IMG/VR virus record: IMGVR_UViG_3300046490_000065
Coordinates: 1-64,000 of that record
From: a virus
Lineage: Duplodnaviria; Caudoviricetes
DNA length: 64,000 nt
Reading direction: 5' to 3' (one strand)
Made by a program: the position numbers and the translations under genes. Below are positions 45,778 through 56,000 of the stretch, in pieces. The first letter of the stretch is position 1, and every line of letters starts with the position of its first letter. The notes below the pieces were generated by a model. It was not told the origin of the DNA. It saw nothing but the letters and a program-made list of their open reading frames with translations, and did not search any database.

Positions 45778-48700
45778 CTATTGTCCTGGTGGCGGCGAAG
45801 GAGGGGGAGATTGAAGGATCTCCAATAAGGCCGCTGCGAACTTCTTCTTCTGCGCGGCGTCCATCCTACCCATTGCGTTTTGTACCTGCTGTGGGTTGTT
45901 CTCGATTCGGTCTTTCAAGATTGGCCATAACCGGCCCTTCTCATCCGCATTGCCCACATTGTAAACCTTAATGGCGTCCGCGATCTGCATCCTCTTGAAC
46001 GTGCGGTCCAGCGGAAGCCCCACGGCCCTGTTAGCCGAGTACACCAGATCATCTTCGGTGAGAGTTCCGTCGTTGATCCCTTGCTGCGCAACCTGCTGCC
46101 ATTTTCCACCTGCCCGCATCTGCCGCTCAAGCTCACGGCGGGCCACCTGCTTCTCCCGCTGCGCTATCGTGCTGGACGCCTGCGGCAACCGCTTTCCCTG
46201 GAGTTCCGTAGCTAGTCTTTCGGCAGAAGTTTTCTTCAGGTCGGCCGGAGCCGGGACCAACCCGATCATCGTCCCGGCGATCTCAGCCTGTGGCATCCCT
46301 TCGTGGACCATCTTTGCAATGTTTCGTGCGGAGAACGGGGCCATATCCTTCGCAATAAACTTAGTGTATTCGTAGGCCCTCTTCAGGAACGGATCATCCG
46401 GGCTGGCGATCTCGGTATTGTAGTAGTCACGGTTGTTCAACAGATCGGCCGTCAAGGCCAAACCTGGGTGGATCTTACCTGACACAATACTGGCGAGTTT
46501 ACCACCACCTAGTCCTTCGGACATGTCTTGCACGCCCTGGGCAACATGCCACACGTCCTTCATGTACGACGGGATCGAGATACGCTCGTCTCGGCCGAAC
46601 TCGTCCTTGCGACCCACACTGGGGAAGTAGTAGTCCTGCAATGTCTTCGGGCGAGTACCGTTGTACAGGTAGTGAATCACTCCCCCCATCAACCCGGCGA
46701 CCACCGGCATGGCAATGGAGTAGGACATCCGGTGGGTGAACTCCTTATGTTTTCCGGTTCCGAAGTCCTTTAGGTATTTCCCGGTGTCTACCATCCCTCC
46801 GCCGATTTCTCGGAGTGTCCCCAGGTTCCACCCGACGCTTCGGAAACTGGCCATAGCCAAGTCCTTCACCGCCTTGTCCCAGAATAGGTTATCGTACACC
46901 ATCATGCCGAATCGGTTGTCTATCGAGTCCCATGCTTTCTGGTACGCCCCCCGAGCTTGGTCCGAGGTGAACCCTTCTGGGAGCTTGCTCAACTCAAACT
47001 TAGCCAAGTCAGCGAAGACCCCCATTTTTTGAAGCGGGACAAAATGCCCCATGAGGAGTGAGGATACTTTCTCCGTTACCGCCAAGGGGACCTTATACGC
47101 CAGCGACCAGTAATTCTCGTGGGTCCTGAAAACCTCATTGACCTTATCGGCCATGTGGGTTCGGTAAATTGGATCCAGGCTCATCCGGCCGCCGGCCTGT
47201 TCCATCATGGAAACCAGTTGGGCGGTCTCTGGGTTCTTGCTGGATCCTGGATTCCGCCACTCCCGACGCATGTCCATGCCAAGTTTGGTGGTTTCCAGGA
47301 GAGCGAGTGGGGCACCCACCGTTCCCTTCGCAATGTTCTTGGCGCCCTGGAACGGCTTCCCGTCCGCGATCTGCTCGAACCCCAAGGCAACTTTCGACAT
47401 CACCGAGTTGACGGCCGTGAACCCCAAGTGATACCCTGACCACCCAAGCTGCGCTTGGTTTAGGACATTATTGAAGGTCATCATCCCTCGATACCCGGCG
47501 TACTTCCGGAGACCTGGGGATAGGTAATTGTTCAGCACTCGGGCCGCGCCTTCTGGAGCCCAGTATTTACCGACGATCTTTTTGGAACCGTCCGGTTCAC
47601 GGGCGCTCTTGGCGAATGCGTCGTCCTTGATCTCCACCCACCCGGCCGGTCCCTTCTTCCCGTAGGGGACAACCTCCCCAAGGCCGGCGGTCCCCATCTC
47701 CTTGATGATCTTCTGTGCGGAGGTGAACCGCTTCATCTCCCGCCACTTCAGCATGTACAGTGCTACTGGGTCCGTGGTCACCAGTTTCAGTCCGGTGGGG
47801 ATGCGTTCTCCATGGTCGTCAATCAGGAGTTTGCCGTCCTCACCGTGTTTCCAAAGGGCGTCCTCGATTGTGGGGTGCGTGCGCTGGTGGAGGAATGTCG
47901 CTGGTCCTCCAAGAGGTTTCTTCCCAGCGTAGTACCCCTGCGTTACTTCGGCCCCCTTCTTGGGGTCCGTGAATATATGGGGCCAGTAATTCTCGTAGTA
48001 CGCCTTGAGCGCTTCATCGGGGCCATTAAGGGCGTCCACCACCGTTTTAAGAGCAGTTGGCTTCATCTCCCCGGTCTTGGGATCGCGTACGCTGGCTTCG
48101 TCAATTAGTTCTTTCCGCACACCATTGTGGATCTCCCGCATCGTATCCACAAACCCCTGCACTTTTGCGTCGGGGTTTTTCTTCCCCGTCTCGTCCAGGT
48201 GGATAATCTCTAACCGCTGGTCATCCGACATCTTACTGAACGCCTTGGTGGCATTCTGTAATGCATAGTCTGCAATGTCGGCTTGACGGTAGATATCGGT
48301 TACATTTGCCCGTACGATCCGGGCCATCTTCGCGGCCTCTGGGCCACGGTTCTGCGGGGCCACGGACTTCCGGATGATGTCACGAGCGGCGGATACGGAC
48401 TCCACCCCTCCCTCCATGATCGTTCTGGCCTTCTCTGGGGTTAGCGAGCCACGATGTTTCCCCTCACCTCCGATGGCTCCGAATCCTCCTCCCATGATTG
48501 CGGAAGCCGTTGCTTCCTTGACGTCACCTCCGCTGAAAGCAAGAGATGTGGCGCCGGCCGCCGCCGCCGATCCCGCTGCCCGCTTTGCCCGCGATGGCAG
48601 CTTGGCCGCCTGACCCATAGCTCCGAAGGTTATTACATCCTTGGCCCCAGACTTCAGCCGCCCCTCGATGCTTTGGTCTTCACTGGTTAGTGCTCCGATG

Positions 48701-49173
48701 GCACCGGCCGCCAGGGGAGCATACTTTCCAGCCAGTTCCGCCGGGGCGTATTTGGCGATCGCCGCCGGGGCCGAGCCAATGCCCTGGATGACTTTATTGA
48801 GGACTCCAGACCGGCCACGCGTTTCTTCCTCTGATGGCTGGAGGTCTTTTCCGAGCTTCTCGAAACGCTCCTGTATCCCGGTGGCGTGAACCGTACCGGC
48901 GGCTTTACTGATCCCACGCTCTAGATCAGCTACGCCCGACCTGAAACCGATGGACAGGTCTTTTCCGACGCCTTCGATCAATCCCTCTTTTGGAGGAGGG
49001 GATGGAGGAGGAGCCGACTTGCCGTATTTCTTAGCGGCATTTTCAAGGATTCTTCGCCGCCGCTCCGGCTCCATCTTGGAGAATTCTGGGGTTCGGCTGG
49101 AGAGTTCCTTCTCTCTCTCCTCCACCGGCTTGGCATGCCAGCCTGGATCGTATAGGTAGTCCGTTGGAAACAA
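45778..49173 (-). CDS. large internal virion / DNA ejection protein
   Basis: 1131 aa; Gly/Ala-rich N-part and helical C-part; podovirus position. Confidence 0.7.
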   Translation of the reverse strand: MFPTDYLYDPGWHAKPVEEREKELSSRTPEFSKMEPERRRRILENAAKKYGKSAPPPSPPPKEGLIEGVGKDLSIGFRSGVADLERGISKAAGTVHATGIQERFEKLGKDLQPSEEETRGRSGVLNKVIQGIGSAPAAIAKYAPAELAGKYAPLAAGAIGALTSEDQSIEGRLKSGAKDVITFGAMGQAAKLPSRAKRAAGSAAAAGATSLAFSGGDVKEATASAIMGGGFGAIGGEGKHRGSLTPEKARTIMEGGVESVSAARDIIRKSVAPQNRGPEAAKMARIVRANVTDIYRQADIADYALQNATKAFSKMSDDQRLEIIHLDETGKKNPDAKVQGFVDTMREIHNGVRKELIDEASVRDPKTGEMKPTALKTVVDALNGPDEALKAYYENYWPHIFTDPKKGAEVTQGYYAGKKPLGGPATFLHQRTHPTIEDALWKHGEDGKLLIDDHGERIPTGLKLVTTDPVALYMLKWREMKRFTSAQKIIKEMGTAGLGEVVPYGKKGPAGWVEIKDDAFAKSAREPDGSKKIVGKYWAPEGAARVLNNYLSPGLRKYAGYRGMMTFNNVLNQAQLGWSGYHLGFTAVNSVMSKVALGFEQIADGKPFQGAKNIAKGTVGAPLALLETTKLGMDMRREWRNPGSSKNPETAQLVSMMEQAGGRMSLDPIYRTHMADKVNEVFRTHENYWSLAYKVPLAVTEKVSSLLMGHFVPLQKMGVFADLAKFELSKLPEGFTSDQARGAYQKAWDSIDNRFGMMVYDNLFWDKAVKDLAMASFRSVGWNLGTLREIGGGMVDTGKYLKDFGTGKHKEFTHRMSYSIAMPVVAGLMGGVIHYLYNGTRPKTLQDYYFPSVGRKDEFGRDERISIPSYMKDVWHVAQGVQDMSEGLGGGKLASIVSGKIHPGLALTADLLNNRDYYNTEIASPDDPFLKRAYEYTKFIAKDMAPFSARNIAKMVHEGMPQAEIAGTMIGLVPAPADLKKTSAERLATELQGKRLPQASSTIAQREKQVARRELERQMRAGGKWQQVAQQGINDGTLTEDDLVYSANRAVGLPLDRTFKRMQIADAIKVYNVGNADEKGRLWPILKDRIENNPQQVQNAMGRMDAAQKKKFAAALLEILQSPPPSPPPGQ

Positions 49174-49182
49174 GCTGCCCCC

Positions 49183-50976
49183 TTATCGATCAAACTCATC
49201 TAGAGTTGGAGCGGCCCCACCCTGTCCAGATCCGCCAAACATCTCGTTAACCAGTGCATCGTGTTGCTGCTGGATGTGATCCACTTGCGCGGACCCTTTG
49301 GCATCCTTATGCTCCGTCTTGGCCTGACCGGTGGCTTCCTGAAGGATCTTCATGGCATCGGCCTTCCCTTTGAACGTTTCCGCCTTCGCCATCTTGTCGA
49401 GTTCGGACTTGATGTCGGGGAGATACTGGCTGACGGCTTTGTCCTTACCGTAGTATTTCTGGATATTCCCCCAGTAGTATGCGGCTAGTTCCTGACCGGA
49501 CAGTTCTTCACCTTTGGAGTTCTTCGGGACAGTGGTCTGTTCCATGACCTTGTTCAACCCTTCGAGAGCCGCGATCTTCCGCTTCGCAATCGCCACCTGC
49601 GGGTGGGCATCTGCGTTGAACTCGGCCACCGGACGCTGCGGGTTGTTGGTCTCCCCGATGACGTGGAACTTCGATGGTTCATCCTCACTCTGTTGAACCC
49701 GATACCACTTACCCGCTGCGGTTCCAGGAATCCGTTTCGGGTCTCCCTTGACCACTTGTGCCGTTGTAAATCGCTCAGCCTTCGGCTCTGCCGTGCTGGC
49801 CAGCCGAACGTCCTTGGCGGAAATCTCCCGCCCGGATACGTCGTACCAACCAGACTTACCGTTTGGGGTGTTTACGAGTTGCCCAACAGACCTAACCTGC
49901 TTACCGTCAGGTCCGGTGTATTCCACAGCCTGCGGCTTATTTGCCCACCCGGCGGTCTGGATCAAACCCCATTCCGTTGGGTTGAATACGTTGCCTTGCG
50001 GCGGGGCAGGAGGCCCCTGTTGCGGAGCGGCGCCGGCCGCCGAGGTTGGAGGCTGAGAGGGTGTTCCACCCATACCTTTCACGTTGGCAGGCGTATTCGG
50101 ATCTACCCCAGAGTTCTGAGGGCCTCCAGCCGGAGGTTGGTGCATCTTCGCCCACTCCCGCCTATTGTACTCGTCCGTTCCATACTTTGGCGCTGGCTGG
50201 TATTGCCCGGCCAAGTCGTTTCTGGCCTGTGCCCCCACTTGGGGAGCGTGCCGATCCAGAGCTTGCAGGTGAGGCATGATGGCCTTCATGGCATCTTCCT
50301 GCGTTGCATTCGGCCCAAGGTCTTTCAACTTGCGGGCGATGTCCTGCTGGTTCTGCGCGACAATCCCCTGGACGCTAAACTGCGGCTTAGGCATCCCCTT
50401 CTCGTCGAAGATGGCGGAGTGGAGTTCTGTCATGGCCCCGCCAACATCAGGTGCCCCCTTTGGCGTCTTCCCGCCAGTCATCCCTTGGAAGACATCACGA
50501 GCCATATTCGTGATGTGCTCCTTCATCCCCCCGCCGCCGCCCCCAGATGCCGTACCCATACCGGTTGGCTTTCCACCCTTGCTGGGATACTCGTCCGAGT
50601 TTTTCTTCCCTTTCCCGCCTCCCTTGCCCGCCGCTTCCACCCCATAACCGCCCATGACTTGGCTGAACTTGCTGAGGGCTAATTGCTTCGCCTCGTCCGT
50701 CAAGTTCGGGTTCTGGTAGATCTGTGACACGTATCCCTGGAACGTCTGGAACTTCTGGATCTTCTCGTTCTCTTTTTGCTCGAACGCCTTGACCCTTCCC
50801 TGCGCGGCCCCGGAGATGAACTTCGTGGCGAGGTACCCAAGGGAAGTCCCCTTCGACGCCATCACAGGCGGACCCGCCTGCGCCATCTGCTGTGCCTGCT
50901 GTGTGGGTTGTAGGAATCCAGAAAACGGTCCCTCCAGAGAGGCTGGATCTACCGGCTTGAACACCGAGTCTGCCAT
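49183..50976 (-). CDS. putative ejection protein (Gln/Gly/Pro-rich)
   Basis: Position and composition. Confidence 0.65.
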   Translation of the reverse strand: MADSVFKPVDPASLEGPFSGFLQPTQQAQQMAQAGPPVMASKGTSLGYLATKFISGAAQGRVKAFEQKENEKIQKFQTFQGYVSQIYQNPNLTDEAKQLALSKFSQVMGGYGVEAAGKGGGKGKKNSDEYPSKGGKPTGMGTASGGGGGGMKEHITNMARDVFQGMTGGKTPKGAPDVGGAMTELHSAIFDEKGMPKPQFSVQGIVAQNQQDIARKLKDLGPNATQEDAMKAIMPHLQALDRHAPQVGAQARNDLAGQYQPAPKYGTDEYNRREWAKMHQPPAGGPQNSGVDPNTPANVKGMGGTPSQPPTSAAGAAPQQGPPAPPQGNVFNPTEWGLIQTAGWANKPQAVEYTGPDGKQVRSVGQLVNTPNGKSGWYDVSGREISAKDVRLASTAEPKAERFTTAQVVKGDPKRIPGTAAGKWYRVQQSEDEPSKFHVIGETNNPQRPVAEFNADAHPQVAIAKRKIAALEGLNKVMEQTTVPKNSKGEELSGQELAAYYWGNIQKYYGKDKAVSQYLPDIKSELDKMAKAETFKGKADAMKILQEATGQAKTEHKDAKGSAQVDHIQQQHDALVNEMFGGSGQGGAAPTLDEFDR

Positions 50977-51921
50977 CTACTTCACCTCGCGTCCAACGGA
51001 CTCCAGCACCTTCACCCGCTCTGTCAACTCCAGCACGAGACCATGCAGTTCCTTTGCAGCCTGAAGTGCCACGGCGGATAACATTGCGTAGTCCACCCCC
51101 AGTGTGTCCTTGCCAAACTGGTAGATCGCCTGTGGAAAGGCCGGCTGGATCTCCTGTGCGATCACCCCGATGTGCTCACCACTCTGGAGGCTTGCTTCGG
51201 GGATGTACTCGAACGTGACTGGTTGAATAGCGGTGAGTTTCTCCAGCACACCCGAGATCGCGGCAATGTTCTTCTTTAACTGTCGGTCACTGCCGCCAGT
51301 TAGCCCTTTTATACCCGCTGTTGCCGCTCCACCAGCGGCTCCCACAAGATCCCCCACGACCCCTAGCTTGGCTGCCTGCTGCTGGGTGGCGGATGCCAAG
51401 TTCGACTGGTTCGTAGTGGATGCCCCACCGTACCCACTGAGCGAGGCACCAAGCTCCTGGAGGCTGAATGCGCCCACCCCGCTCCCGATATTGGCCAAGA
51501 TCTCCGGAGCGTTCTCCACTGACTGGGCCATTGCCTGGGCCGGTGCCACCGACTTCTGGACCTCCAAGTTAGCGAGGGCGGTATCCCGCGCCGCGCCGGG
51601 AGCGACGGAGTTGAACACGCTCTGCTTCGCCCCCTCGTATCCGCTTGAGATCTTAGAGATAGTCGGCATCGCCGCCGCGAGTGCAGCATTTCGGTCTCCA
51701 CTCGCGAGTGCCGTCTCTTTGGCAATTAGGGGAGCTTGCAGCGCTTCTGCTTTGGCCTTATCCTCCGTCGATGCCGTCTGCTGCTGCTGCGCAAGGTTGA
51801 GTTGCTGCTGGGTGATCTGAGAATTGGTGGACATCGCCGTCTTCTCGGCGCTGGAAGGGCCACACAGGAGCGTTGAAAGCCTGGAGACGTATCCCCAACG
51901 GCGGAACTCGGTATAGTTCAT
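50977..51921 (-). CDS. pilot/ejection-type protein with C-terminal peptidase S74 autochaperone domain
   Basis: Ala/Gln-rich body; SDRQLKKNI...GVIAQEI...VDYAML. Confidence 0.8.
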   Translation of the reverse strand: MNYTEFRRWGYVSRLSTLLCGPSSAEKTAMSTNSQITQQQLNLAQQQQTASTEDKAKAEALQAPLIAKETALASGDRNAALAAAMPTISKISSGYEGAKQSVFNSVAPGAARDTALANLEVQKSVAPAQAMAQSVENAPEILANIGSGVGAFSLQELGASLSGYGGASTTNQSNLASATQQQAAKLGVVGDLVGAAGGAATAGIKGLTGGSDRQLKKNIAAISGVLEKLTAIQPVTFEYIPEASLQSGEHIGVIAQEIQPAFPQAIYQFGKDTLGVDYAMLSAVALQAAKELHGLVLELTERVKVLESVGREVK

Positions 51922-52508
51922 TTATTCCCCCAACTCTCTTCCGTCAGCACAGACAAGTACCCGGCACACTCCACTCCCCGCCAGCAACACAACCCAGGGA
52001 TCGGCCCGAACGAGGTGAACCCAGATGCCTTCATGAACCGCACAGCCGGGACGTTCTTCTCCGGGGTTATCCCGTAGATGGCATCCATTGAGCATTCATT
52101 GAAGGCGAAGTCTAGCAGCGCTTTCCCCATGTCGAGAGTGATACCCATCGCTTGGTATTCCCGCCAGAACACCTCACCCACGTCCGCGTAACGGCAACCG
52201 TTCCTGGTCTTGATGTTGTGAAGCCAGCCCAACCCGGCCAGCGTGATTACTGGCGGCGCGTCCAATGTTGGACCGGGAGTTTCTAAAAAGCACCCGGCCA
52301 CAATGATGTTGGGTTGTTCGCACCATTCGAGAAACCCTCGAAGATCAGGGGGTTTATCCCAGAACATCATGGGCAACAACCCCTCCTGTTCCATCCGCAG
52401 GTAAGCTACAGCCAGCAGGCTTTGTCCGATTTCGGATCGGATCTTGATCGCTCGTTGTTCCGCTACCATATCAGACACGAGTGTACCCCTTAACACTCTA
52501 CAACGCAA
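51918..52508 (-). CDS. GNAT-fold protein in virion module
   Basis: AIYGITPEKNVPAVRFMKASGF; such genes occur between tail and ejection genes in podoviruses. Confidence 0.7.
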   Translation of the reverse strand: MRCRVLRGTLVSDMVAEQRAIKIRSEIGQSLLAVAYLRMEQEGLLPMMFWDKPPDLRGFLEWCEQPNIIVAGCFLETPGPTLDAPPVITLAGLGWLHNIKTRNGCRYADVGEVFWREYQAMGITLDMGKALLDFAFNECSMDAIYGITPEKNVPAVRFMKASGFTSFGPIPGLCCWRGVECAGYLSVLTEESWGNK

Positions 52509-52515
52509 CGACTTG

Positions 52516-53040
52516 CTACTTGTCCGGCCCCACCCACACCGCTATCACTTGGCTGGTCTGCGTAGCGCTACTCGCACTCCCGTCCACATTACTGGCCCCC
52601 GTACCCCCCGTTTTCTTGGCCACCACGACGATCTGCTCGGTTCCGGTTGGGCTCTTGTACAGCCATGAACGGCTCACCACGATGTACCCAGCCCCAGCGA
52701 TGAGATTCACAATCACCCCAGGCAACTGAGTTCCCGCTGCTGTCACCGCCACATACAAGGCGCTCCCTGTATCCAGCGCAGCCAGCAAGCATCGGACGGT
52801 CACGTCGATTTTCCACCATCCAGGGCGGGTTAGGGTGACGGCCATTCCGTGTACCGGGAGATAGCTGGTGGTCGCGGCTAGGAACGCTGTGGCCGGACTC
52901 GCTAACGGGGCCGTAAACGCACCCGCAGATTCCAGTGCGTAGATCCTCTGCTCGTCAAGCTCGAAGCGTCGGTTTAGCCGGATGCAGTCCCCGACGATAT
53001 CGGTGTCTCGAATACTGATTGGAACCTTTCCTTCAGCCAC
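52516..53040 (-). CDS. putative tail-associated protein
   Basis: Position; beta-rich C-domain. Confidence 0.6.
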   Translation of the reverse strand: MAEGKVPISIRDTDIVGDCIRLNRRFELDEQRIYALESAGAFTAPLASPATAFLAATTSYLPVHGMAVTLTRPGWWKIDVTVRCLLAALDTGSALYVAVTAAGTQLPGVIVNLIAGAGYIVVSRSWLYKSPTGTEQIVVVAKKTGGTGASNVDGSASSATQTSQVIAVWVGPDK

Positions 53041-53050
53041 ACTTCACCGC

Positions 53051-56000
53051 CTATATCGCCATCGTCATCAACTCAGAAATCAACGTCTGGGCATAACCCG
53101 CATGCTGTTCTGCTCCTTGGGGAATCCACTCGATCCCGGACATGTCCGAATACACCTTGGCAGGGCTGCTGGACACCCACGAGATCACATACGTTTTGCT
53201 CTTGTTCAAACCGGAGCCGAACACACTGGGCAACAAAAACCGTTCCACAGATCGGGTGGCATGCGCGGGCAGCACTACGGTGTAAGTGCCCGTGTCGGAT
53301 GTCACCGTGAAGTTCACGCTGGAAGCGCCCTGATAACTCAGCCAGATCTGCCTTATGATCTTAAAGCCAACGTAACCTAACGTCACCAAGTACGAAGACC
53401 ACTGGGTGACGGCGGCCGGCTCTTTAATCACCTCCATCGACCAGTCCCACAGCTTGGCCTTGCCTATCGCTGTGTAAGGATCAAGCAGCAGGCGCCACAT
53501 CATCCCAATCAGGTTGGGGTTGCAGGGGAAGATGGCCCTTCGCGTGGTGTATGATGACGTCATTGCGAAAATCTGGACAACCCCGTTTTCCGTCTGTAGT
53601 CTGATCTGGCACTGCACTCCGGCGGTGTCCATCGTGATGATGAGGTTTCGGGCGATTGAACCGTAGGGCCACTCCCAGTCGTTCCAAGGGGTCCATAGCA
53701 CCACGTCTGGAGGATCTGCCGGAGAGCTTTGTGGCGTCGTCTGCCAGCGAGAGAACGACCAAGCGAACAATTGGAACTTCCCGTTTGCTCCTGGAGTGTC
53801 GGTGAGACGCCACATCTTGGCGAAGACGTCCACTGGAATCGGGTAGTTAACCATCCGGTCAGTGAGGGTCCCCGTGTGCCGTACGGTCATCACGGTGCCA
53901 TGTTCGTTTTCCAGGATGACGGTGCATGGAATTCCCTGGGTATCCGCGTCTATCGACAACCACGAAGGGTTCTTGTCGTCCGGGCTCTCCGCGTTTCTCC
54001 ATTCAGTTGAGAGCACAATGTCGCAGGGGTAGTCAACCTTGTCGAAACTATACTTCCATTGCTTGAAGCTGACCGGCGGAGGGGACGTCGGATAGATCCG
54101 AATCATCTTTGCGATCATATCCTTTGGAAGAGGGAACTCCTTTTTCGCCCGTCCGCCTGACAACGTGAATGTGGCCAATGCCGAGTTCACTGTCTGCCCA
54201 CCGATTCCAGTCAACGTGTCGAGTTGCAGGACCACATTGGACCCGCCAGTGTTGTCCCACTCGATCGTCACTGATCGTAAGTACTTATCCCAAGGGTGTC
54301 CCAGGTCGTCCCAGTCGAACGTGTGCCCCACCTCGCCACGGTCGGCCGGCTGGAATCGGAAGATCTTCCCTGGATTGAACAGTTGGAACTTCCCGCCGCC
54401 GGACACTATCGCGTCCTGGACTGGATCTACAAAGATCCTCCACTTCTTCCCCGTGGCGGTCGGGAGGGTCGTCAAGTTTTGATCCCGGTTACTCCCCGTT
54501 CCGGTCACCGTTTGAGTACTGACTGTAACTCCATCAGCTTGGATCTGAACGGTGATCGCCACCCCGTTTGTATCCACGTCTAAGGTGGCTTGGTTGAGGT
54601 ACTTGGCAAAGGGGTAGTCGCCGTCTTCCCATGGGGTGAAGCTAACAATGTCTGGGGGGTAATCCTCCTTCTCAGTAAACTCCACGCTGAAGATCTTGAA
54701 CAACACGTCCATCGCCCCACCGGGACTTTGGGGGGCATACGGTCTCACCCGGACCATCTTTGCGATGATCCCATCGGAGATAGGGAAGGTTTTCTTCGCC
54801 CTACCGCCTCCTCCGGTTATTGTCGGGTTCGAGAGGGTGAAAACTTGCACTGACCTGTTGAAAGTTTTCCCGTCAATCCCAGAGAGGGTATCGAAGGCTA
54901 TCTTCTGATCGATCCCCGCTGTGTCGAAGGTGACCACAAATTGGTAGAGCCGCTTGTCGTGGGGGTGTCCCAGGTCGGTCCAATCCCCAGAACCGCCGGC
55001 CGTCAGTAGATCCAAATCTTGGTAAACAATCGTCAACGAGTAAAACGTAATCTGTGTTGGCCACGCAGCACCGCTAATATGGAATGAGATACTGCGGGCC
55101 TCTCTCGCATAGGAGTTGACATCAGTTGGGTGACCTATCACCACTGATAATTGAGGTAGAAGGGAGACGACGTTCCTCCCTCCGACCACGGGCAAAGTAA
55201 CAGGAAGGGTGTCCAGTGCCGTATTAGAAAAGTCTGTCGTTAAGGCCACCGTTACCGCCGAAGCACCTGCACTACCGGTAGTGTCCAGTTCCAGCAACGC
55301 CTCTTCAAACAATTTAGTGGCGGATGGTTCGCCGACATCAAACCACGGGAGGAGGATATCAAAGGTGACCGCTGATCCTCCATTGGTGGCTGATGGGGGA
55401 GCCCATGCTGGGGTGAAGTAGTCGGCCGTATAGTTCAGATAGGTGAAACCGGAGTCAGGTGTCCCCACCACATACTGGTCCATCAGCGAGAAATAGACCC
55501 CAGTCGCGCCGCCCCAACTTGCTTCTACCATCATTTGGGTGTCGGGCTCAGCGTAAATAAACGAATACACGACTTGAGGGTAGTCGGTGACTCGCCACCG
55601 ATCGTTGAATGCTGGCTCGCAAGCGATCTCCCTTGAGTGCCCTCCCGTGTCAACGTACACCAAGTACACCTGCCCGCGCCTGCATTCCATGACACACAAG
55701 CTGTACGTGTTATTGTCTATTGGCGCAAGGCCATTTACATGTTGCCCATGAAATATCGGGTCAATTGCTTCGGACCTCTTCCTGCACTGCGCCCCATCCC
55801 AAGACCATACTCCATCGGTCGCCAAAAACCATATCTCTGATTCGGTCTTGCAATTCGCCCGCATCCCAACTGTCCCACGAGCCGCTACCTTTGCCGGGGT
55901 AACGAAGGATCCACCGTAAATCACGGTCTCGAATATCCCGTATAGGTTCAGGGTCACCACCTGACCTCGAAACTCATACATCCGGAGGATCGGATTCGAC

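Noticed and set aside
49195-49215. PTLD peptide at the end of the 597-aa ORF as another palindrome copy
   Set aside because: The DNA (minus strand CTCCAACTCTAGAT) does not match the motif.
44054-50682. Long plus-strand ORFs opposite virion genes (e.g. 44054-44803, 49603-50682)
   Set aside because: Antisense shadows expected at high GC; no motifs or SD.
54228-54242. GGACCACATTGGAC and similar half-sites (about 29287, 42020, 50991)
   Set aside because: Only one arm matches; not counted.
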